Of a stretch of 64,000 nt of DNA, positions 57,228-64,000 are shown piece after piece. The position numbers were made by a program, and so were the translations under genes. This stretch comes from an uncultured Acidobacteriota bacterium (lineage in GTDB: Bacteria; Acidobacteriota; Terriglobia; Acidiferrales; UBA7541): NCBI GenBank assembly GCA_963715555.1, contig OY970253.1, forward strand, positions 2,375,426 to 2,439,425. The letters are read 5' to 3'. Every line of letters begins with the position of its first letter. The first letter of the stretch is position 1. Under the pieces are notes generated by a model, which saw nothing but the letters and a program-made list of their open reading frames with translations, searched no databases and was not told where the DNA came from.

Positions 57228-58109
57228 ATGGTTCGCTTCAAAAACATCTTATACGCCACGGATTTTTCGCCGGCGTCGCAAATGGCTCTCCGGTATGCCC
57301 TGCCGCTTGCGCGTAAGTATGCTTCGCACATTTTTGTGGTCCACGTAGTGTCGCCGACGCCGAAATCGGCAATCTCTTCAGGACATGCGCCGCCGATCGG
57401 CACAGAAAGCGACCGAGAGATCATGCAATCAATGGCGCAAATGGAGCCACAGCTGAAGGAATTCCGCCATGAATTCATCATTCGAAGGGGCGACATTTGG
57501 AAAGAAATGGCGGCGATTATAGAAGAGAAGTTGATCAGCTTGGTAGTAATCGGGACCCACGGGCGCTCTGGAGCTACGAAAGTCATAATGGGTTCCGTGG
57601 CCGAAGAAATATTCAGGAGGTCTCGCTGCCCAGTGCTCACAGTCGGACCAAATGTGTGCGGTGAGCCGGACGATCTCTCCGACATGCGCACTATTCTATG
57701 CCCCATTGATTTCCGCCCTGAATCATTTGCCGCTATTCCGTATGCAACATCGCTAGCCGAACAGAATCAGGCGCGCTTGTATTTGCTCTATGTTGCCGAT
57801 GGAGCTGCGGGCGAACTTCCCGATGCTTCACTTAAGGCTGCTCTACGCGCGCTGATCCCATCAGAAGCGGAGCTTTGGTGCGAGCCAAAAACCTTCATTG
57901 AGTCCGGCAACCCGGCCAACAAAATCGTTGAATCGGCCGCAGAACTTGGTGTGGACGTGATTGTCCTTGCTGTGAAATCTGCCGAGCAGTTGGCTACCAA
58001 ACCGCCTCATCTTGCCTTGGAAACCGCCTACAAGGTGGTCACCCAGGCGATCTGTCCTGTGCTCACGGTTCGACGTCGGCTTACCTTGGGTAATGTGGAG
58101 GCTCCATGA
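57228..58109 (+). CDS. Tandem universal stress protein (two UspA domains)
   Basis: Two repeats of the Usp pattern are present (ILYATDFS...VVIGTHGRSGATKVIMGSVAEEIFRRSRCPVLTV, and ILCPIDF...VIVLAV...ICPVLTV). ATG at 57228 lies 10 nt after GGAGGA. Confidence 0.85.
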   Translation: MVRFKNILYATDFSPASQMALRYALPLARKYASHIFVVHVVSPTPKSAISSGHAPPIGTESDREIMQSMAQMEPQLKEFRHEFIIRRGDIWKEMAAIIEEKLISLVVIGTHGRSGATKVIMGSVAEEIFRRSRCPVLTVGPNVCGEPDDLSDMRTILCPIDFRPESFAAIPYATSLAEQNQARLYLLYVADGAAGELPDASLKAALRALIPSEAELWCEPKTFIESGNPANKIVESAAELGVDVIVLAVKSAEQLATKPPHLALETAYKVVTQAICPVLTVRRRLTLGNVEAP

Positions 58110-59027
58110 AAAGAGTTAAGGCGCGAGTTCGACGGAAGGCAGTGGGGTGTCGCAGCATTCGTCGCAATCGTCGCGGGGCCCCGTCTTACCAGCCGAGGCT
58201 GCAGAAGTCTAATGACGTATGGGAGTCCATAACATAAGGAAATTGGCGGGTTTCGATGGCATTCGGTGCTCCGACCTTTTCGCGCCCGGTGTTGTCTCGT
58301 CATTTTTGCGCGCTGCGGCGGAACCAGCCCCCATAGCCTTCGCAAACTACAAGTTGCCAGGTATATCAACCGCAGTGGAGTTTGAACGTCGCTCTTTGAT
58401 TTCTTGACGCACGGGGAGGAGGCTGTGGACGACGCAGTCATCCGCAGCTGCTCGTCGGATCGTGGCGCGCAGGGACATCATTAGATCCGTTTCGGAACCG
58501 GAATTCATTCAGTTTGGGGGGCTTTTAGGCTTGATCTTGCGCAAAATGGGCTCGGCGGTAGTTAACGTGATGTTTCCGATGATGACCAGTGATCGAGATC
58601 ACCGCTTAGAGCACCAAATACGTAGTAAATAGGAGGCGTCGAAAGGCGGAGACTGCGACAGGGATCTCCAAGGCTATTCGGTAGCGCGAAGAAGCACAGA
58701 GGTTCCTCGGGGTTACTTCAACTAGAAGAAACCCAGATGCAGAAATACGCTTTTCGGCAGGAGGGGGCGGCCAGGTGCGAAGCCTGATCGCGCCTTGAAG
58801 TTTCGACGCACCGGCCCGCTACTGTCGGAAGCACTTCGCAACCGGCCACTGCCTCCTCGCAGTTGTCGCGTAATCGCCAGGTGCGATGAAGCACGTTTGG
58901 ATGTAAGCCCGCTCCGCAAAGTACACTGAAGTTCAGTTTTTCCGTGCACGGATCCCGCGCTGCTATCGTCAAACCAAAGTTCCATCACTTCAGCAGCGCG
59001 TCTCGCATTTCCGGCGCAGAAGCTACT

Positions 59028-59762
59028 ATGAAACAAGCCTGCTTCCGATTTTACGCGCAGTTGAATGACTTCCTTCCGCCCGAGCAGAGGAAGCAGGTTG
59101 TAACGTACCGTTTTTATGTCAGTGGGTCTGTCAAAGACATAATCGAAGCCATTGGGGTGCCGCATACGGAGGTTGACTTCATCTTGGTGAATGGCGTGCC
59201 AGTTGAGTTCGGCTACCAGGTAAAAAATGACGATTATGTGAGTGTCTTTCCCAAGTTCCGATCCATCGACTTGGGACCGGTCCCGCATCTTCAGCCGCCT
59301 GCAATTGCTGGGAGGCGTTTCGTGGCCGATGGGCATTTGGGGCGCCTAGCAGCGTACCTTCGGATGTTAGGATTCGATACGCTTTATCGGAGCGATTGCC
59401 AGGATGACGAACTTGCTCGCCTCTCTTCGAGCGAAAATCGAATCTTGCTGACCAGAGATCGTGGACTGCTAAAGCGCAATGAGGTCAGTCGCGCTTATTA
59501 TGTGCGCGCGACAGAGCCAGCCGACCAGCTGGCTGAAGTGTTCCGCGAGTTCGACCTTGGCCCAATGATCGATCCATTCTGCCGGTGTATGCACTGCAAC
59601 GCCTTGCTGCATTCTGTCGCGAAGAAATCCATTCAGCATCGGCTCTTGCCGGAAACGGTGAAGTACTTTGAGGAATTCTACGTATGCGCCGGCTGCCAAC
59701 GCGTTTACTGGAAGGGCTCCCACTACCGCCGGATGATGCGTCTTATCGAAGCTGTGATGTGA
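59028..59762 (+). CDS. Mut7-C RNase (PIN-like) domain protein with N-terminal ubiquitin-like beta-grasp domain
   Basis: N-terminus FRFYAQLNDFLP...GSVKDIIEAIGVPHTEVDFILVNG (Ub-Mut7C type). FVADGHLGRLAAYLRMLGFDT...LLTRDRGLL is the Mut7-C core. The C-terminus has a zinc ribbon (CRCMHCN...CAGCQRVYWKGSH). Confidence 0.8.
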   Translation: MKQACFRFYAQLNDFLPPEQRKQVVTYRFYVSGSVKDIIEAIGVPHTEVDFILVNGVPVEFGYQVKNDDYVSVFPKFRSIDLGPVPHLQPPAIAGRRFVADGHLGRLAAYLRMLGFDTLYRSDCQDDELARLSSSENRILLTRDRGLLKRNEVSRAYYVRATEPADQLAEVFREFDLGPMIDPFCRCMHCNALLHSVAKKSIQHRLLPETVKYFEEFYVCAGCQRVYWKGSHYRRMMRLIEAVM

Positions 59763-59770
59763 TTGTGCTG

Positions 59771-59796
59771 GAGGCAGCGCTGTGGACCGCTGCCTC
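59771..59796. terminator. Hairpin between convergent Mut7-C and Dps genes (possible bidirectional terminator)
   Basis: GAGGCAGCG-CTGTGGAC-CGCTGCCTC is a perfect 9-bp stem. No clear U-tract follows. Confidence 0.45.
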
Positions 59797-59832
59797 TAGC
59801 TCTGGGTGGCGGGGACGGCACATCTCTGCGGA

Positions 59833-60345
59833 TTAGACGACGAGACCATCCTTCTGTTTCAGGATATCGCGCAAGAACCATTCATGTTTTTCATGAATTT
59901 GGACGACTCTCGAAAACAAATCGACAGTGCCCGGATCGTTGCTTTGATCAGCAGCCTTCGCTGCTTCGCGCATTTCCTTGATTACCACCAGCAGGTTCGC
60001 ATCAGCCTCTTCAATTGCTTCGCGCATGGACTGATTGCTCGACGCTGATTGGACGCTGGCTGCTTCCTGCATTTGCCGCAATTGGATGTTTTGCACATCT
60101 GGTCCGATCATGCGTACGCGTTCCGCGAACTCGTCGGCCGTGCTCAGCACGTCCTTGGCGAATTCATCGAACGTCAAATGCAGGTCGCGAAACAAAGGGC
60201 CGAAAGTCTGCCAGTGGTAATGTTTGTAGTTGGCATAAAGAACGAAAGCATTTGCGACTTGGCGCTGCAAGTGCTGCACCACTGGATGATCTTCCCGATT
60301 TTCCTGGGATACATCCTTCGCCAAAACAGTACGTGTAGCTGGCAT
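59833..60345 (-). CDS. dps: Dps-family DNA-protection / ferritin-like protein
   Basis: LQRQVANAFVLYANYKHYHWQTFGPLFRDLHLTFDEFA is the Dps ferroxidase-site region. ATG at 60345 is preceded by GGAGG. Confidence 0.85.
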   Translation of the reverse strand: MPATRTVLAKDVSQENREDHPVVQHLQRQVANAFVLYANYKHYHWQTFGPLFRDLHLTFDEFAKDVLSTADEFAERVRMIGPDVQNIQLRQMQEAASVQSASSNQSMREAIEEADANLLVVIKEMREAAKAADQSNDPGTVDLFSRVVQIHEKHEWFLRDILKQKDGLVV

Positions 60346-60489
60346 AACCGGACCTCCTTCAAAGGCGGGTTCTACATTTCCCCGGGGCGTCCACCAATAT
60401 AGATCACGCGCAGATATAAACAGTGATTTCAATCACACTTGCTCATCTATACGGGAGCTGCAATCTGCACGAATCGTTTCCTTGCCAGA

Positions 60490-62964
60490 TCACAACGCTC
60501 CCACCGCTTCCTCGATCCTCTTGGCAATCGCGATGTAGTCGTCGCCCTGAAGTCGTAAAGGGGCACCGAATACAACCTCCACGCGTCCCGGTCGGGGCCA
60601 GTGTGCGTGCCGGTGAAGCACCTTCTCCACACCGTGCAACCGAACGGGCACGACGGGGATTCTCAGCCGGTCAGCAATCAGCCCGATGCCAGGCTGGAAG
60701 GGGTGGATCTCCCCGGCCTCTGTACGCTCGCCTTCCGGGAAGTACAAGATGGACCAGTTGTCGCTGATTAAGTCGCCGAGGTATCGGAGGGATTGGCGAG
60801 CACCAATTTCGGTTTGAGGAAGCGGAAAGGCGTTAAAGAGCAATGCAATCAAATAATAAAGAACACTATCGCTAAGCCATTGCAAGCGCGTGTGGCGCTC
60901 CGGCCAGAAGTGGGCGTCGAAGTATTCCTTCCACATTGCGACGGCCGTACGGAAACGAAAACGCTTAGGCACCGCGGACAGAATCAGCGGCGTATCAAGA
61001 TGACTCTGGTGGTTCGAAGCAAAGATGACAGGACCTTCCAGAGAGGCCAAATGCTCCAGCCCCCCGATGTGAGCATGTGCGAACAGGCGAGTGAGTGGGA
61101 GCCATAATCCACTCAGCGCCGCGTTTCGAATGAGCCGTGCCGGCCGCAGGCGACTCCATGAGGGAGTGTCTGGAGAACCCGGTGGGACGCTGACTTCGGC
61201 CAGCGCGGACACGGTGCGTGCGCCTGTCAATAGCGATTCATCGATACTGGTATCGAGTTGTCGCTCCAAGTCGACGAGGAGTTCTACTCGATCGAGAGAA
61301 CTCAAGCCGAGTTCATCGAGTGTGGTTTCCGGAGTTATGTTCCGATGCGGAGCATACTTCTCAAGAAGCTCGATCACTCTGTCTTTTCCAGGGGCCTGTA
61401 CCGTTGAGGTGCCACTCTCCACCCATGACTGGATCTCGCGGTGCTTTATCTTTTGCGTTCCTTCCGTGCGGGGCAGCCGGTCGCCCGGCCAAATCGAGAC
61501 CGTGCGAATTTTCTGATGATCCTCAAGCTGCAGATTGGCACGGCGAACGATTTCGTCCGCATTAGCTCCGCTTTCAAGCGCCAAGACGGCGTGCACGCGG
61601 TCCTTACCGACCACGGCTGATTCGCGCACACCCGGCGTGCGATTGAGCACATTCTCGACATCTTCAGGGAACACTTTCAGACCTTCCGGCGTGACGATCA
61701 TTTCCTTTTTGCGTCCCCGAATTGTCAGATTGCCGGCCTGGTCAAAAGATCCGATATCGCCAGTACGAAGCCATCCGTTCTCGAACGCCGCGCTGGTTTC
61801 GTCCGGAGCGTGGTAGTACCCAGGCGTAACACTTTTGCCTCGCACGAGGACTTCGCCGTCTGACGCAATCTTTACTTCCACACCGGCAATCGGCTTGCCA
61901 ACCGTACCCTTAGCGATGGCGAAGGGATTGTTGAAGGTGACCACAGGCGCCGTCTCCGTGAGGCCGTAACCCTGAATGACTGCGAATCCTAGGCCGGACC
62001 AATACTCCTCATCATCCTTTGTAAGCGGAGCCGCTCCGACGATGAAAGCCCAAAATCTCCATCCGAGTAACGCGTGAACGCGGCGGTAGCGCCACCAGCG
62101 GAAGATCCAATGGCTCGAAGGCGGAAGCCGGTCGGCAGTCTCCCGAAACTGCGAGAGAAAGTGCTTACGGAGCAATTCGAGGATCTTAGGCACACCGACG
62201 ACTACCGAAACTTTCCGCGTCCGGATCTGCCGCGTGATTTCGTGTGGGCTGTACCCGTGCATGAAAACGGCAGTGCCCGGAATAAGCGGCACGAGGAACA
62301 TCGTGACGATTTGGCCAAACATATGACTCAACGGAATCAAACATAGGAAGCGCAACGGGAGCACGGGCAGGAACCATTTGCGGTACGTGCGAACAATCTG
62401 CTCAGGAGACTCCATATCAGCCAGAATGTTTCGGTGGGTGATCATCACCCCCTTGGGCTCGCCCGTGGCACCGGACGTAAAGACGATCTCGACAAGATCA
62501 TCTTGCTCAATTTGGACCGGCGGAGTCTCATACCCCGCGGTGGTCCATTCAAGATCGCGGAGACGACTGCAAGGCGGTAGATCTGTCTCGGAGGGTAGAC
62601 GAACTTCTTCTCCGAACAGGATCATTCGGGCATTCACGATTGCTTGGACGCGGCATAGAAAATTGGCTGATGTTCGGTAGTCAATCGGTACAACGACCAC
62701 ACCCGCGAGGACGCAGCCCCAAAAAGCGGTGACCCACTCTGGGCGATTCTCAGACCAGATGATGACCTTGTCGCCGCGGTGGATGTTGTGTTCGGCCAGC
62801 CGAGCCGCGAAATGACGTGCGGCGAGGCCTACTTGCGCGTATGTGTATTTCCATCTGCGGTAGCCGTCGTCGTATTGAAGGAAATCGACTGATGATTCGG
62901 AGAACTCGGCAAAAAAATCCACGAGGGTGCAGCGCGGTACCGGGATTGATTTGCCCTTGGACAT
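60490..62964 (-). CDS. Tri-domain fusion: AMP-dependent acyl ligase, carrier protein (PP-binding) and lysophospholipid acyltransferase (PlsC/LPLAT)
   Basis: The adenylation core motif is FTSGATGEPKGVMITHRN. The carrier-domain motif is LDELGLSSLDRVELL. The acyltransferase motifs are NHQSHLD (HX4D) and FPEGERT. 824 aa. Confidence 0.8.
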   Translation of the reverse strand: MSKGKSIPVPRCTLVDFFAEFSESSVDFLQYDDGYRRWKYTYAQVGLAARHFAARLAEHNIHRGDKVIIWSENRPEWVTAFWGCVLAGVVVVPIDYRTSANFLCRVQAIVNARMILFGEEVRLPSETDLPPCSRLRDLEWTTAGYETPPVQIEQDDLVEIVFTSGATGEPKGVMITHRNILADMESPEQIVRTYRKWFLPVLPLRFLCLIPLSHMFGQIVTMFLVPLIPGTAVFMHGYSPHEITRQIRTRKVSVVVGVPKILELLRKHFLSQFRETADRLPPSSHWIFRWWRYRRVHALLGWRFWAFIVGAAPLTKDDEEYWSGLGFAVIQGYGLTETAPVVTFNNPFAIAKGTVGKPIAGVEVKIASDGEVLVRGKSVTPGYYHAPDETSAAFENGWLRTGDIGSFDQAGNLTIRGRKKEMIVTPEGLKVFPEDVENVLNRTPGVRESAVVGKDRVHAVLALESGANADEIVRRANLQLEDHQKIRTVSIWPGDRLPRTEGTQKIKHREIQSWVESGTSTVQAPGKDRVIELLEKYAPHRNITPETTLDELGLSSLDRVELLVDLERQLDTSIDESLLTGARTVSALAEVSVPPGSPDTPSWSRLRPARLIRNAALSGLWLPLTRLFAHAHIGGLEHLASLEGPVIFASNHQSHLDTPLILSAVPKRFRFRTAVAMWKEYFDAHFWPERHTRLQWLSDSVLYYLIALLFNAFPLPQTEIGARQSLRYLGDLISDNWSILYFPEGERTEAGEIHPFQPGIGLIADRLRIPVVPVRLHGVEKVLHRHAHWPRPGRVEVVFGAPLRLQGDDYIAIAKRIEEAVGAL

Positions 62965-63180
62965 GAGGCTATCTCAGCGCCAACAGGCGACAAGCGGTCG
63001 AGCCACTTGGCGGCATCGTGGCCTTTGCTGCACGCACGTTGCACTTCAGCAGCGGCGCTAGGTACAGAATTTCACCGTGTCCGAGTTGCCGCAGTGACCA
63101 AGATCACTGCAGACTGTACTCGAAACAGCAAATGTTATGCTTAAGCGGTAAGAAGAGTCTCGAAAGAAGGATTTCGGAGC

Positions 63181-63630
63181 ATGGCTGCGCGTGCCTCAAA
63201 TGCTCGCAGTTTGGGAATCGACCTTGCATCCAAGAGAGAAGAAGAACTATTCAAATGGTTTCTGGCGTGCCTCCTTTTTGGAAAGCCGATCCAATCCGCA
63301 GTTGCAGAGCGAGCCTTCCGCGAACTCATGCAGGCGCGCCTTACGAGTCCCGCGGCCGTTACGCGCGCCGGTTGGGACAAGCTCGTGTCGCTCTTGGATC
63401 GGGCCCATTACGTCAGGTATGATTTTTCCACTGCCACCAAGCTGCTCGACGTTTGCGAAGAACTGAAGCGCCGATACGGCACTCTAACCAATCTGCTAAC
63501 GCAAGCGAAGACTCCAGCCGAACTTTCGCGCAGGCTGCAGGAATTTAAGCATATCGGGCCAGTGACGGCGCGCATCTTTCTCCGCGAGATCCGGCCGCTT
63601 TGGTATTCCGGTCCGTCGCAGGACAAGTGA
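63181..63630 (+). CDS. Hypothetical HhH-motif protein (HhH-GPD-superfamily-like)
   Basis: LQEFKHIGPVTARIFLREI resembles a helix-hairpin-helix DNA-binding motif. 149 aa. The family assignment is tentative. Confidence 0.45.
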   Translation: MAARASNARSLGIDLASKREEELFKWFLACLLFGKPIQSAVAERAFRELMQARLTSPAAVTRAGWDKLVSLLDRAHYVRYDFSTATKLLDVCEELKRRYGTLTNLLTQAKTPAELSRRLQEFKHIGPVTARIFLREIRPLWYSGPSQDK

Positions 63631-63812
63631 ATCTAGCCGCCCGCGTTGAATAGCGGTGTGCTTATTGGAGGACGATCAGGGGTTTCGAGTACTGTCACAC
63701 TTCGCGCTCGTGGGTGTCCGTTCCGGCGACAAGCATTGAACGCTCTCCGCTTGCGACAGTGCACTACAACAATGAACTCTGCCATATCAGCCGACAGCCC
63801 GTGGATGAATGC

Positions 63813-64000
63813 TTACGAGGCGCGCCGCAGATGCTGACCCAGATCCCGCATAGGCGCTGATTGGCGAAGGGCGTTCAGCGCCTGCTTTTCAATCTGGCGG
63901 ATTCGCTCACGAGTAAGACCGAAGATCTCGCCGACCTGTTCGAGGGTCCGTTCCTCTCCGTCCATCAATCCAAAGCGAAACTTAATGATTTTAGCGTCCC
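63813..64000 (-). CDS. RNA polymerase sigma-70 family factor, C-terminal region 4 only (5' part outside window)
   Basis: Hand translation of the minus strand gives [61 protein letters not shown]-stop. This is the classical region 4.2 HTH of RpoD/RpoS-type sigmas. The stop TAA is at 63813-63815. Confidence 0.85.
   Translation of the reverse strand, partial: DAKIIKFRFGLMDGEERTLEQVGEIFGLTRERIRQIEKQALNALRQSAPMRDLGQHLRRAS

Noticed and set aside
58106-58237. Very basic 43-aa ORF starting in an ATGA overlap with the usp stop codon.
   Set aside because: The overlap is suggestive of coupling. However, the peptide has no recognisable family and no conservation evidence is available. Arg-rich frames arise easily in GC-rich DNA. 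It is mentioned only within the finding on the non-coding gap.

Overview
High-GC bacterial chromosomal window. Gene content and repeat families suggest Acidobacteriota, but that is an inference I cannot verify here. Bases 1-44,900 are mostly housekeeping and physiology genes: ilvE, a MIP channel, pilT, ferredoxins, a GH57 glucan enzyme, an AKR-TetR-HlyD-ABC efflux operon, ddl, arginase, asnS, glpX, ada, recR, ffs-dnaX-ybaB, an APC permease, and a sigma54 activator flanked by PilZ proteins. This part is punctuated by repeat-rich intergenic pockets holding at least three dispersed repeat families and REP-like GTAG hairpins, plus one IS5-family insertion. A divergent tRNA-Gln/tRNA-Ser pair at 44.7-45.0 kb marks the start of an accessory region containing two nearly identical inverted IS3-family copies, one ISNCY/IS1202-like element and an IS1182-like transposase fragment. 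Two loci there deserve the most attention. The first is an SdpA/SdpB-type antimicrobial-peptide maturation locus with an unrecognised signal-peptide cargo gene and two candidate immunity membrane proteins; both maturation genes are broken by IS insertions. The second is a translationally coupled prs-like / rtcA / capA-like three-gene operon, a combination I cannot assign to any described pathway. No CRISPR array, rRNA or prophage structural genes were seen. All family calls rest on motif recognition by eye. Start codons are often uncertain because of the GC content and non-ATG starts.
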